From assembly GCF_009914755.1 (NCBI RefSeq), contig NC_060935.1: a stretch of DNA of 64,000 bases; one strand, 5' to 3'. Origin of the DNA: the human T2T-CHM13v2.0 reference genome, Homo sapiens. Both the position numbers and the translations under genes were made by a program. A model generated the notes under the pieces. The model saw nothing but the letters and a program-made list of their open reading frames with translations, was not told the DNA's origin and did no database searches. This document shows positions 11,935 through 25,668 of the stretch, piece after piece; the stretch's first letter is position 1; the number at the start of each line of letters is the position of its first letter.

Positions 11935-12115
11935 TGATTGATTGATTAATTAGTTATGCGTACTTGGGTCCAGCAGGGAGCCCAGTGACAGCTGTGACAT
12001 GAAAATTACCAGAAAGTTACAAAAATATGTAGCAGTGTTGACTTGCTGAAATGTAGAATCAGGGATTGATTAGAAACAGACACGTATAACGATCACGTCT
12101 TGAAATTACCTGTCA
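11935..12115. promoter_or_regulatory. Candidate PBX/MEIS (TALE) motif cluster
   Basis: tgattgattgattaatta, tgacagctgtgaca, gattgatta and ctgtca within 180 bp of unique sequence. Confidence 0.3.
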
Positions 12116-12277
12116 CTACTGAGGCCTTGAGAAGAATCCTTTTGGTTAGGATGAATTATTTTAGTTCCTATCTAATCACCTGCAAAGAAACTAGTGAATA
12201 TTCTCTATTCTTATTTTAACTTTTTTTTTTTGGTCTGGAATCCTAGAGTTTAGAACAACAACTCCTGTAGAGACAAA

Positions 12278-12692
12278 ATGATTTTTGAAAAACTCAAAAC
12301 CCAGTCACATCATTCCCTGCTTAAAAATCCTCCAATGGTGTCCCATTGCTCTTAGAAATAAGACAAACTGCTGAACATGGTCTTTAAGGGCCCCATCCTG
12401 TTAGCCTTCAGCTTCCCCTCAGCCTCATCATGTATTCCCTTTCCTGCCCTCTGGCCACACTGATCCCTTCAGTTCTCACCACAGCCCACACTCACCACAG
12501 GGCCTTGGCACATGCTCTTTCCCCTTTCTGAAATTCTCTCCCTTATCAACTCTTTGTTATTCTTCAGGTCTTATCTCATGTCACCGTATTGAGAGTGCCT
12601 TCTCTTATCTCCTGATAGATCACATCTCTCTATTAAAGACTCTTTTGGTATCATGTGCCTCCCTTCATGGCACTGTCACAGCTATAATTTTA

Positions 12693-12746
<54 letters not shown>

Positions 12747-12912
12747 TTACATTCATTCAGAGAATTAAATTTTTTCCCCTAATTAGAAAGTTAAGTTCCA
12801 CAAGGACTGTGCCTTGCATCTGTTTTCTGCTTTCAATATTTTCCCCAGCAGTGTGTTCCCCTGGCACAGAGCAGGCCCTCAATTTATATTTGATGAATAA
12901 ATGAATGAATAG
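12278..12912 (+). mobile_element. L2 LINE 3' end
   Basis: ccctgcttaaaaatcctccaatgg..cccattgctcttag..cctggcacagagcagg..ctcaa..tgaataaatgaatgaat tail. Confidence 0.85.
12695..12746. repeat. (GT)18(ATGT)4 compound microsatellite
   Basis: direct read. Confidence 0.95.
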
Positions 12913-13284
12913 TTAATTGACTGAAAACTATCGCCTGGTATAAATGTAGTAGAAATCACAACCAGGCATTTTTCTTGAACACTTTGAAAAAAGACAGTGC
13001 ATAAGCAGACAAGAATCTTAAAAGAACCCAAAGCTTAGTATGATTTCTAAGCAGCAGATTTCCTGGTGCACAAATAAAACAGCAACTAAAAGTTCCACCC
13101 TTCAGATTTCACCAGTGTGATTCTCAGCTGGTTTAGCAAACCTGAGGCATTCATAATTCAGAAGAATCTGAAAGTTGTCTGGTATCTTGCATGTTCAATA
13201 AAAGGATCACTTTTATGCTCAACAATTTTTTATGGCTGCAATACTGCTATGAGCAAAGGGACACATATATTAATAATGTTCAGT

Positions 13285-13804
13285 TGCATCAGTCAGGGTC
13301 CCAGCAGGAAGCACTTGGCTCTCTCAAAAGGTATTAACTAGAGAACATTTAATGAAGAAACAATTTCAATAGACATGGGCAGGCTTCAGGGAACGAACAA
13401 AGCATGGTGAAGCACCCAGGAATTAGCAACAATTGGGAGCTGTTACTGTCCCAGGGCCCGGAAAAACAAGAGAAGGGAATGGCGTTAGAGAAATATGATG
13501 AAAATGGGTGCTCTAGAGAGGGGCTGCCTATCTGGAGCTGTTGCCATCCCAACTGTAGCCATAGAAGAATGCAGCCACTACCCGATCCCTAAAGGGAGCA
13601 GCAGAGACAAGGAGGAATAAATTCTGGAACATCTGTCTTTTCCAGCCCTACAATCTACTGGCAAACCCAACTGGAAGCCAGAGGTGAGGAAGTTGGGGAA
13701 TGCAGTCTATAGAGGTCAGTTTCTGTGGGCCCCGAGCAAGACAGAGAAGTATGAGGATGGATTTATGAAGGGATAAGGAGGGCAAAGAGAAAAATGGCCA
13801 GCAT
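13285..13804 (-). mobile_element. LTR33-family (ERVL) solo LTR
   Basis: tgcatcagtcagggtcccagcaggaa start; ggtgaagcacccagg..agcaac; caaacccaactggaagccagagg. Confidence 0.75.
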
Positions 13805-13807
13805 GCC

Positions 13808-14050
13808 TTTTATTTATAGAACACTTACTACGTGTCACTGTTTTAAATTCTACGTGTATTAATTCAAGCAGTCTTCACTGTAACCTCATGGGGTAAGCCC
13901 CAATATTTTTCCCCTATTATGGAGGAGGAAACTGAAACATAAAGAGGTTAACTAACTTGCCCAAAGCCACACAGCTTGTTAGCTGGTGATGAAACTAAAA
14001 TTTAAACCCAGGCATTCCGACACCAGAGCCATTCACTTCACCAGTATGTG
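13808..14050 (-). mobile_element. MIR SINE
   Basis: gaggaaactgaaacataaagaggttaactaacttgcccaaagccacacagct. Confidence 0.85.
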
Positions 14051-14589
14051 AGACTTCAGAAGAAGAATTCTAATTTCGGGGTGAAGATTTAAGGCTGTGC
14101 TTGTGCCAGGAACAAATCACCAGTGCAGGGGGCCTGGAAGAAACAGACTCAAACTTTTTCTCAGTACTAGAATAAATACTTTAGAGTTCGGGAAAAAAAA
14201 AACCACACAATTTATTATTATACATCAGGATTTTTTTTTCAGTAAGTTGATGTTTGGGGTTACTAACTACTAACTGTAGTGGCCATATTCAAATATATAA
14301 ACATTCATTAGGCAGGATGATGAAGGATTTAATTGAAGCTTAACTCAGAAAGAAAAATATCTGCAAGTGTGTCAGCACCATCTAGCCAAATATTCATATT
14401 AGGGATGGAGTTAAAGAATTTTAAGTAGAAGGAAAGAACACATCCAAGGTTTGTAAGTCTCATATTCATCCCTTTGCTCCACGACTTTGATATTTTATCC
14501 AGAAGTGAGTAACACTGCTAATATCTGATGTAAGTTTGAGAGTTGAGTCTGAAAACAAAATAACATCAATCATATCTTGTTGCTATATT

Positions 14590-14970
14590 AAATAACTTAC
14601 TGTTTTTAATTCTTTTTGCTGTACTTCTAGAAAATACAGATACACAAAAGGAAAAAAATAAAAACCAACTACAATTGTATCACTTAGTGAAAAAATAACT
14701 GTGCGGTTGGAATGTCATCCTAGTCTTTTTTCTGTTTGTGTCTCTGTGTATTTACAAAGTTGAGATCATATTGAATGTATTGTTTTAAATTTTATTTTAC
14801 CTATAGTGAAATGAAATTTCCATGTCATTTTTCCTTATTACTAATAATGAGGTTTTCTTTTATAGAGATAGACCATATTTTGTCTACTCAACCCTCTACC
14901 GCTGGACATTTAGGTTGCTTTCAGTTTTTATGGTAAACAGCATGCTCACAACCAAACATTTGTACATATA
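14590..14970 (-). mobile_element. Old L1 (L1ME-type) 3' fragment
   Basis: gagatcatattg..tttccatgtcatt..tggacatttaggttgctttcagttttt. Confidence 0.6.
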
Positions 14971-15984
14971 ATTGTAGAGAAAATAACCATGAAGTTATAT
15001 TTACTTTTTCTATTTGAACATTCCAGACACCCCTTCCCAAAAGACAGGGATTTTCTTTAATATTTGGATGTCTTACATAGTTAGATTTGGAGGACGGCAG
15101 GCCTGAGAGAATTTGATGAAATTGGCTCGGCTCACCAATATACATCAGAAGCTTTAATATACGCTCTAAAATACGGTTACAAATATCAATTTCTTTCTTA
15201 GTTAACTGAAGTTAATAGTGGATAATTTTCTTAAAGACCCTAAAATTTTGTTTTGAAAAAGCTCAGGTCAGAATCATCTTTCTGCTGGGAAAAAAAAAAA
15301 AAAAACTACACACAGTAGACTGAGCATTTTTAGTTAAGGAAGTGTGGCTAATGAAAGCAGACCTCTTTGTTTCATTTGCCACATGATGCAGTAGCTAGCT
15401 GTATTAGGTTGCCAAGAAGGAAAAAAAAAAGGCTCACAGACCTGTAAGTCTATAAAAAGAATGTATCATGTACTGTGGTGGCTTCTATCTGAAGTCCTGA
15501 AGGCATTTTTAGATGCTTGAGCAGTTCAGTCATAAGATGAAAGGACTTTGATCTTTCCCGCTAACTTAGCATGAAAATAAATTTAAAAACTTGGCCCTTT
15601 ATGATAATAGCATTAATTCTAAGCAAATGCACTGGCAAAATTCAGAGACACTCCAGCATTCTAAATTATAAAGTAAAATATATGGGTGGTGGCGAAAGGA
15701 GGAAGAGATCTAATTTCTCAATCGAAGGGAGAGACATCCAATTATCAAGGCAAAGGATACTTTACCATTTGGTATAAACGCTGAGAAAAGGTGTCCCTCC
15801 CAGATCCTGGTACAGGTTTCCTGTTTGTGGAACAGGGCTCAGGCTATCTGTATGCTACTAATTACTACATTTCATTCCATTTCCTCATTTCAAAGACTCT
15901 CTGTCAAAGTCTTTTAGAAAAGCTTTGCTTGGCTAGCCACTATTTAAGATACAAAATGAGGAGCATGTCTTCCTCCAAGAAAAG

Positions 15985-16185
15985 TAAAATAATAAAAACC
16001 TACTGTGTGCTAGCTTTTGTATGAATCATGTCCTTAAGCCTATAAGGACAAAAGGAGAAAGAATTGTCTGAGAATCCCAGAGCTAAAAACACATCAGCCT
16101 GGTCACACAGCTAGAAAGTGGCAGGGCTAGGTTTTTAATAAAGTCTATCTGACCCTAAAGCTCATGATATTTTGAATACACTAGG
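15985..16185 (-). mobile_element. MIR SINE
   Basis: cctactgtgtgctag..ggtcacacagctagaaagtggcagggctagg..tctgaccctaaagctcat. Confidence 0.75.
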
Positions 16186-16236
16186 TATACCACATAGTAA
16201 CATATGTAGATGTACACCCTATTGTAATATAGTATT

Positions 16237-16722
16237 GTCGCAGACATTTGATCTTCATTTGGCTGTCTCGCATTTGATCATACTCCTCCCCAATTTCTTT
16301 TTGGGTGGAAGTCCTCTTTGAATGTTGATTTAATGGGAAGGCAGTTCTTACTACCTCCCACTATAGAAGTCTAGGAGATCATATTCCTTTTCAGCGCCCC
16401 TGGTACAACTGGGAAACAGTGACCAAGGTGCCAGTGTGATTCTTATTCTCAGAACTTTGGCTGTTTGGTGACTCAGTCAGAGGGAACGTTCAGAGGTTGT
16501 GTGCATCACAGCAGTAGGTGTGGCTTGAGGACCAGACATTTCCTTCGATAAGACATAGTTTCCTCTCCAGCCCCCAGAGTCACTTCATGTTGGTGTATTT
16601 TCTATGCTAGGTCCTCCAGCCTCCCATTGATTCTGTGACTTGCCCTTCCTTCCAATAAATCCTCTTGCTAAGTAGCCAGTGTTGGTTTCTAAGGTTTCCA
16701 ACCAAGAGTCTCAAGAGATATG
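16237..16722 (+). mobile_element. LTR16-family (ERVL) LTR
   Basis: tgtcgcagacatttg start; ccttccaataaatcctc..gctaagtagccagtgttggtttct..caaccaaga end. Confidence 0.65.
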
Positions 16723-17339
16723 AGTTTTTTAGACTCAGTAACAGGCCAGAAAATAACCATGAACCTTTACATGGCACTGAAATCTATAACATAGTTTCAA
16801 GGGACCCTCTGCAAATTATTGCTGGGATATTAACAGCAATATATCCATTCAGATCAATAAGAAGTAGACAAATTATTAGGGCCAAGTATGGTGTTAGTGA
16901 TTACCTTCACACTTTAACCCATCATATTGGGGCTGTCCCCCTTGACCACTTAGAATTTTACAACTTTAAGGGACCCCAGTGATCATCTAGACTAACACCC
17001 TCATTTCCCTTTTATGAGGCCACTCCCTCATCAGCCGTAAGAAGGATATCACTTTCTCTTTACCCTTTGGACTTCAGTATTCACAGTGTCACTTCCAAGG
17101 CTTCCATTGTCCCTTTTGAACATTAGTCCAAAGTTATTAAGCTTAATGCACAGTTGCTTAATGCATAGAGAGTGACAAAATGGTCACAGAGGGAAATCTA
17201 TGCTCCTCATTTATTTTGTTTTGTGAGACTTTACTTTCAAGTGGCCTTTCCTGCTAAGTCTGAGGAATTTTATTTAAAAATAATAATGAAAGGAGGGGAG
17301 GAATATGTCATCAAGAAAAAAAGCTGAGATAAAATCCGC

Positions 17340-17760
17340 AAATCATTTAAATGATTTAGAATGGCAAAAGATAACTAACTGAAAAACAGAGAAAACAGCA
17401 ACAGTTCATAATTCTACCTGGCAGCCTAAGGCAGCCTGAAATTTGTGTCTGACAAGCTGTCACAGAGGCTGATACTCTTGGGAACGCCTTATTAGGAGTT
17501 TACTATGAAATGATTATATGCTCCAGTTAAACAGTCTGCATGTGTCCGCAGACTGCGATGGCGATGGCGGGTGCACACTCAGGAGCCAGGCATGCTGGGA
17601 ACGGGAAAGCCAAAGTTTCTGTTGACAACAGCAAAAGCGCCAGGACTGACCAGGAGAGGCTGGTTGAGATTTGGCAGCTGGTACTCATAAAAGCAGTTGT
17701 ACAGTTTGAAACACGGTGTCCAAAGGATATTGTAAGCTTAGAAGCAGCGAGAGAACTGTT
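17340..17760. promoter_or_regulatory. Candidate cis-regulatory element (locally CpG-rich, motif-dense)
   Basis: 9 CpG in ~270 bp, TFAP2-like gcctaaggc, MEIS-like tgacaagctgtca, E-box, HOX13/CDX-like ctcataaaa, palindromes. Confidence 0.35.
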
Positions 17761-17964
17761 TGAGGGAGGCCAGAGTTGAAACTTTCAGGAAGGAAATTGT
17801 AACTGCCAATGAAGACAGAATTCTTCCCTGGATCTTGAGATTGTAGAGCATGCAGAAAGATTCCACTCTCAGGCTGAGGGTCTAAGAAGGGGTTAGCAGG
17901 CTATCAGGGACCCAGACAGTCAGATGAGATCCAAGTCAGAGTTTTTGTCCTAGAGACAGATGGG

Positions 17965-18185
17965 GTGCTAAGGACTGTAGGCCATTGGATTCAAACTCCA
18001 TATTGGCCACTGATTAGGTGACTGGCTTTGGTACTATTTAATCCCTTTGAACATGAGTGTCCTCATCTGTAAAGTGGTAGTAACAACAGTGCTTACCTCA
18101 TAGGGTTGTTATGAGGATTAAATGAAAGAAGCATATAAGATACTGAGCTCATAGTAAGTGTTTAAGAAATGTTAGCTATTATATT
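17965..18185 (+). mobile_element. MIR SINE
   Basis: cctcatctgtaaagtgg..cttacctcatagggttgttatgaggattaaatga..catagtaagtg..aaatgttagctatt. Confidence 0.9.
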
Positions 18186-19129
18186 AGTGGGGAAGACTAA
18201 GGAAAGGGGTATAATTGTAAGTCCTTAAGTCTGTAGTCTTGGAGGAGGAAATATTATAACTCAGAGGCTTTAAAGACTTCTTGGGTTATCCCTGCTATGA
18301 CAGCTAATGAGCTTGATTGACCATATAATCTAATTCTAAAGCCTCAGGCTGTATAAACTTCCTGCTCTATTTCTAATTAACCCAGACACCGGGAAAAACT
18401 TGAGGCTGCTGCTCAGGTCTGTCAGGAAAAGCAGAAGAGACAGACAAGTCAAAAGTAGACCCCAAGTCAGGGCTCTAAGTTGTGCCACTATCATTTTTGT
18501 CTTTGGAGATAAAGGTAGCTTTGATCTCATTGTTTCAAATGGATAACCACACTAATACCTCACCTGCCACAATTAGTTCTAACATTTTATTTTTGTATTA
18601 CAATTCATATCTAATTTTAATACATGGTCATGTTAGACAAATAAATGTCATCTTCCCCACCAACGTGATACTGGTGGGCAATGGGTTAAAATTTCTCATC
18701 TGATTTGTTGACTGAGCTGGGTGAACTTGATCAGGCAATTTGTTAAGAGAGCTGAAATATAGTCAGGAACACTCTTGGCTTAGGGTTTGCATTTGTGTTT
18801 TCTTTTATCTTTTCCCCAGTCATAAATCTTGAATGGGAAAGAAAGTGAAAAGGGAATGAGGGAAAAAAAAATGAATCATGCAGAGGGATGTCTCACTGCC
18901 CATGCATCCATCCTCTGAGCTGGGCAGCAGAGATTACAAATCAATCATACTGTGCAAATCAAAAGTCTCTCACAGATTCCACAAAGGAAATCATTTCAGA
19001 AAGATATTCTTAGGATTCTGTTTTCCTCAAACACAGTTGGTCCAGCATGAATGGGCTCTACTCAGATTAACATGGCATTCTGGTTTGGGAATCAATGAGA
19101 CACGATGGAAAGTATTACAATTCCCATTT

Positions 19130-19290
19130 ATGGTGTTAGATGAAAATGACAGAGCCAGGAGTCAGAATCCTGTAGAATCCTTAGTCTACCTGACTTGCTG
19201 CCACTCTGGGCCTCAGCATCCCGATACATAAAATGAAAGAGTCAGCATGATGGACAGCAAATCGTCTCTGAATCCTTTCAGGCTATTATT
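19130..19290 (+). mobile_element. MIR3/MIRc SINE
   Basis: ggagtcagaatcctg..ctctgggcctcag..taaaatga..tctctgaatcctttcag. Confidence 0.6.
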
Positions 19291-19294
19291 TCAC

Positions 19295-21535
19295 TTGATT
19301 TGTATATTATTTTACCTGATTTTTCTATGTTTCCCATTCAAAGTAGGTGTGTCCTTTTAATTAAGGTCTAAAAAGTATATAGTTGAATTTAATTCTGTTT
19401 AGTCTTACCATTTTGGTTTTTAAGTTGTAGTATTTAAAACACATATGATTCTTGGGTTTATCTTTATTTATTGACTGTTTGTCTCACTTGTTATTTTCTT
19501 TCCCCTTCTCTTTCTTAACTTCTTTTGGGTAAATCCAATGTTTGCAGTCTATATCTTGAAGCAGGCTAGTTATACTTTAGTTAGTTAGAACCTTGTTAGT
19601 TATACCTTCTTTTAGTAACATACAGCCTTGATTTATATAAAAATGAATATTTTTAGCCATTCACAGATAAAACAAGGGCTTTGGAATACTTTATCTCCAT
19701 TTACTCACTTTGGGCTTTTCTGTTATTGTTATTACGTATTTTAATTCTGTGCATCTTAAGCCCCCCAAAGACATACTTATTGTTTTGTATGTTCAATAGT
19801 CATTTATATTTATCTAACTATTTAACCTTTACTTAGTTCTTCATTCCTTCTTATATTTTCACAGCTCCTTCTAGGATCATTTTCCATCTGTCCATTGGTG
19901 TTTCTTTCAGTCTCCTAATGATGAGTTCACTCAATTTTTGCCTGTCTAAAAACATCATTATTTGACCTTCAGTTTTAAAAATAGTTTTACCAAATATAAA
20001 ATTGCGTTAACATTTTTCTTTCAGTTTGTTTTACTGTCTTCTGACTTCCATCATTTCTGTTGAGAAGGCAACTGTAAATTTTAATGTTTCTATTTTAAAA
20101 GCAATACATTAAAAAAATCTCTGGCTGCTTTTTTGTTTTCTTATTTATTTTCTTTCGGAAACATTATTATTCTGAGCTTAGGTGAGAAGATTTTTCTGCT
20201 GTGGTTTGGTGTATATTTTTTGTTTCTTTGTTTCCTTGGTTGGGTTTTTTGCCTGTTGCTCTTTTGAAGTTCATAGGGATTCTTGTGGCCGATGTATTTG
20301 TCAGTCTTGGGAAATTTTTACGATTATCCTTTCAAAATTTTTTTTATTTTTCTCTGAGCTTTTCACTATGTCCCATATGTCTCTATGATCTTTCCTATTT
20401 TCTATCATTTTAGCTCTCTGTGCTTTGGCCTGGATATTTTCTACCAATTTATCTTCCAATTTAGTAATCAACTTTTCTGCTATGTCTGATTTGCTGGTAA
20501 ACCCATCTATTGAGTCTTAATTTCAAGTTTCAGCTATTATGGCTTAATTCCATAACTTCTATTTTGTTTTCAAAATAAAGGCCAGGTATCTAGTGAAATT
20601 CTCCATATTAACACCTGTTTTCTTGAATGTATTAAGTCCAACTACATTAAAGTCTATCCCTAATAACACTAAGAAATGTGTCATCTGCAGGTCTGTTTCT
20701 GTTGTCATTTTTTTCTCTTGGTTCTGTTTTTTGACATACCGGGATATATTTTTTACTAATAGCCATATATTGCTAAAATAAGTATTAGAGGCACTTAATA
20801 ATGCCATATTATCCTACACAGAGTTGATATTATCCTTCGGTAAGCAAATAGAATGGTAGCAGGCTCCTTTAAGCCACATGGGCACTGAGCTAATTCCAGG
20901 ATGGATTCCAGTTTTCCAAAATTATGTATCTAGTTTGTCCATGCTCCTAGATTGTCATCCTCAGGGTTTTCCAACCAATATTCTGACGTATCTAGTAGGG
21001 CCCCCTCCCTAAAGTGGGTCCCAAGTACTCGAGTGTCACTTTTTTTTTGTCTTCCCAGAACCAAGAGAAAGTAGAAACACGTGCTTTATTATATGATTCT
21101 TATTCTCCTTTTCTGTAGAACCAGCAAATGTCTTAAGGGAAAACAGGCAGAGATCTGGGCTTACTTCTTTCTTCTAATCAGAATCTTGCCTCCACCTCCC
21201 CCACCCCATCACCAAATTCTGGCTATTGTGGCAGTTCCAAACTCTAATTTTTGGCTCTGTAGCCCTGTGAGATTGCCAAATTTTCCACTGACTTCTCTGC
21301 CTTTTAACAGAAGCTGTATGTCCTGGCCCTCTGAGTGAATTCTTGGCTTCCCATTCAAAAATCAACAAATGCCCTGAAGAAAAAAAGTGGTTATAAAATC
21401 TCTCTGTGATTTCCTTCTCACTGGCATCTTAGCATTTCAAGATTATTTACATCAGCAGTTTCTTGATGGGCTCCTCTTCTTATTTAAACAAAATTAATCT
21501 GATTTTTATGGTCATTCTCAGAAAGTGTATTAGTC
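19295..21535 (-). mobile_element. Old L1M (5'/ORF1 region) relic
   Basis: T-rich; tgtcttctgacttccatcatttctgttgagaag, ctctggctgcttt, gggaaattttt..attatc, ctgctatgtctgatttgctg..aacccatctattgag. Confidence 0.65.
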
Positions 21536-21541
21536 TGTTAC

Positions 21542-22066
21542 TGTGGTGGTAACACATGGTTGTAAATCCTTTTTGATCCCTTTTGAGAGGTGAGATCTTT
21601 GACCCCTATCCTTAAGTTTGGGCAGACTTAGAACTACTTCAACTAATGGATTACAGCAGAATTCATAAATGGCCATTCAACATCTGCTTTATGCTGCTGG
21701 AACACTTGCTCTTAAAGCCATAAAACATCATCTTAAAAGTCTACTTGGAGACTGCCATACTGAATTGACCACAGAGGTGGTCTTGTGAACAGTCCAATCT
21801 GAGCCTGTTCTTTAGAGATCCCTTCCAAGTTCCATATATACAAGAGAAGAAGCATCATGGAAGTCAGTCCTTCAGCCTCAGCTCTTCTTGCTCTTCAGCT
21901 GTTTGAGCAATCCTAGCTGAGGCTCAAGGAGACGTCAAGGAGTAGAGAAGAGCCATTTCCACTGTGTTTTTTCTGAATTCCTGATCCACAGAGTTTATGG
22001 GCATTATAAAATGGTTGCTTTTTTATGTCACTAAGTTTTGGGGTGATTTGTGATACAACAGATACA
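21542..22066 (+). mobile_element. MLT1G/H-like MaLR LTR
   Basis: tgtggtgg start; ctgaattcctgatccacaga..ataaaatggttg..cactaagttttggggtgatttgt. Confidence 0.8.
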
Positions 22067-22479
22067 TGAAGTATCCCTAGGTATTCCAACAGAGCCAGAC
22101 ACAGAAGTCACATAAAATTTACTTGATTTTTTTTTCATTATAAGAGAAACTATGAACCAAACTTGAACAAAAGAATGGAACAAGAATAGGATTGTAAATA
22201 GATGCAGAAAATCTTTTATAGTCATATCTGGTTTAACCTGAGAAATTAGAAAAAAAATGGATTTTTTTTTCTTTTTGCATGCCATCCTCTTTGATGTACT
22301 AATTTTCCCACTGCTTCCATATCAGATTAGCCCTTCATCAAGACTTATACTCTTTGTGAATTACACAGGTCTTTAACTTCCCCTCCCTTCATTTCACTAT
22401 ACGGTCTAGTGAAAATATACCACCTTTGCTCCCATCGCTTCAGAACTGTATTCTCTGCTTGCCAGCTGTTAAACCAACC

Positions 22480-23460
22480 ATGAATTAGAGGAATCTATGA
22501 ATCACGGAATCTTCAGTAGAAATAAATACGATCTAGTCTAACTGCCAACCCTACGCAGATATTCCCATCCCTGAGAGGTTGTTACCTAGCTCATGCCAAG
22601 CAATATATTTCTTTTAGCAAATTTAAATTAGGGAATTTCAAGAAAATGAAAGCCAATCAGCAAAGGATGTCACAAGAGTGATTCAGTAATATCTACCATG
22701 AAAAAGGTGTTGGAAAATAAAGTCGAATAAAACACAGTCATTGGCCTCAGGAGCATAACAATTTTTCAGGAAATAAACATACCACTAACTATTCTATAAT
22801 GTTATGTGAGATTAAAATGCACCAAGAACAATGCATTGAAAAGGAGGAAATTATTCTAGTTAAGTATATGGGGATATTCTGGGAAAGTCCCACAGACAAA
22901 GTGACATCTCAGCTGTGCTTTTTCCTCGGTTGATGTAGTTTCCAGGTTCTTCTGCATTCTGATTGCCACCATTCATCTGGACACTATCTAGTTTTTCAGT
23001 CTCTTTGGAAACACAATTTCCCTAATATTACTTAAATAGTCTACAGGTCAAGGGACAGTCACACCCCTTGAGCTGAATGTGACACCTCTATTTATGAAAC
23101 CTAAGATTTCATCCTCATTTTTATCAGCAAGGTCATATTATTGGATCCATATACTGCTTAACGTGTACTAAAATCTCTAGAATTTTTTCCACATGAGTTA
23201 TTTTGAAATCAGGTTTTTATGCTGTTCATATTTTGAATCTGCATTCTCAAGACTTTATATTAATTCTTCATTTGAATCCAGTGTTTCAGCCTCTAGAGAA
23301 TTTTGTTGTGGGGGAGGAGACAGGATGGGAAGGTCTGATCTCAGATTCTAACAAATGAGCTAGCTTTTCTAGGTCTGTGTCAGCTGCAAATTTAATGAGC
23401 AAACCTTGTGCATCTTTCTCCAAGGTGGTGATTAAAAATGTTGACCAAGACACAATCATG
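22480..23460 (-). mobile_element. L3/CR1 LINE relic with an inserted L2 fragment (~22730-22920)
   Basis: tgtgtcagctgcaaattt is the reverse of a degenerate KFADDT RT motif; ctccaag..tgattaaaaatgttga. Confidence 0.6.
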
Positions 23461-23702
23461 TAATCCGGGCTTGGACAATCATATATTAATGCATTTCTCC
23501 TATTAAGTGACTTATTTGCATTTTAACAGTGGCCTTCTGGAGAACAGATACTTTTACCCAAATAAATGATGAAGATGATAGGAATATTAGGCATCATAGA
23601 AGTCCACTTTGGGAGATTATTATTAGACGTGGGGTCCCTTCTATGCTTCTCAAATCAGACTATCTGGGATGCCTTCTATTTATTCCATTTTGAGGCCTCT
23701 CC

Positions 23703-23858
23703 TTCATTCTTAAACTTTCCTGCACACTGGAATCACCTGGAGAGGTTTTAAATATACAGATACCTGGGCCCCACTCCCAGAGTGGTGCTGCCTACATTTT
23801 GGGTGTTTGTGAAGCTACCCAGGTGATTCTACTGTTCAGTCAACGTAGAAAGCCACTG
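23703..23858. mobile_element. MER5A (hAT-Charlie) MITE
   Basis: gaatcacctggagag..cctgggccccactcccagag..cccaggtgattct..gaaagccactg. Confidence 0.85.
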
Positions 23859-23879
23859 CTTTTGCAGAAAGTCATCAAC

Positions 23880-24085
23880 TGCAGAAGAAAGAGTATAAGG
23901 TTAGAGGTCAAAGTGGGATAGACCCCAGCTCTTCGTGTAACAGTTTTGTGATTTGGACAAATTGCTTAATCTCTGAATTCTACTTTCTTATCTGAAAATT
24001 AGGGCTAATAATGATCTACAATGTGTTTAAAAGAGATCATGTACATTACCTCTGTTCATAGTAGGCAAATAGTGACTGTCATCCC
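23880..24085 (+). mobile_element. MIR SINE
   Basis: tgtgatttggacaaattgcttaatctctg..ttatctgaaaattagggctaataat. Confidence 0.7.
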
Positions 24086-24994
24086 TTCCCTCTGTTTTTC
24101 CTAAAGTCCCCTAAGTTGGTCTATAGAACAAGGTCAGCAATAGCTGAAGAGCAGATTTGACACACGAGCTCTCATCTCTGGTGTTCCTTCCAGGATCAGA
24201 TAACTTCACCTTTGATGACCTATGGCTGAACTTTTCTGTCTCATAGAATGATTTAACATCATTTAAATGCACAAATGTAGCTTAGCTGGGAAATAAAACA
24301 TATATTCGACTTTAAATTGCCAAATAGAAAAGAAATGTTTCATTTTCAAACTGTGGCTACGGAAGAACATGCAACTGCTCAAGTTTCATCAATAAGCCTT
24401 TCAAATGTTTCCCTGTATTCTCAGTTTCTCATGTAAGACAACTTTTCATTAATATAGGACTTTTTTGAGGTGGAACTCAGCAAGAAAAATAAATACTAGA
24501 TAATTTTTTTAGCTATTCTTTTTGGAAAATCCTAACCAAAATACTAGCTAGGTAAAATAAAAGTTTTTAACATCCGAACTATTAAATGATTGTTTAAAAG
24601 AACTTCTTAATTGGAATGAGGTACAGTACATGTAATACAAATTCATGTGTTGTTTTCCAAATGTGAAAATATATACCTAGAAGTCAGAGTAGAGCATTGA
24701 AATATCACTAAAATTTTAATGTCATGCAAGACTATTGTTCCATTTTCATTCTGCTTCCAGCCCAAAGATACAACAGTAATTTTTAAAATAATGTGAACAA
24801 ACAAGCTTGAGTTTATCTCATCTCATCTCCTTTCCAGTCTTCTCTCCATGCTTCTCATCTCACTTATTGTAAAACATTTATTGAGATGCTAGTGTTCATT
24901 AGGCATTACGAATATCACGACAAATGAGGTAAGTGATCCCAGACTTTGAGGAACTCACAATCTAGTGTAAAAAATAATTAAAACCCAACATAGT

Positions 24995-25177
24995 TAATGA
25001 CAACTGAATAAGGTGTGTAGTCTAGTTAGCAGTATTGTACCAACGCGAGTTTTCCAGTTTTGATTTTGTATCATAGTCATGTAAGATGTCACATTGGAGG
25101 AAGCTGAGAGAAGGGTACACGATACTATTTATGTAACTTTTGGTGTAATTGTAATTGTTTAAAAATAATAAAGTTTT
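24995..25177 (+). mobile_element. L1MC/MD 3' end fragment
   Basis: gtattgtacca..ttttgattttgta..atgtaagatgtcacattggaggaagctg..gaagggtacac..aataaagtt. Confidence 0.75.
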
Positions 25178-25557
<380 letters not shown>

Positions 25558-25668
25558 TCAAGGAAACTGAATAAGGAGACATTATCCTGTATGAGGGAAT
25601 AAGGGAAGGCTTTGCAGAGGAAATGGCATAAAATCCGGCTCTGAAGAGGTAATTCAAAATGTCCGTGG

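Noticed and set aside
17540-17779. 79-aa ATG ORF in the CpG-rich element
   Set aside because: No recognisable homology or splice context; a regulatory reading is more parsimonious.
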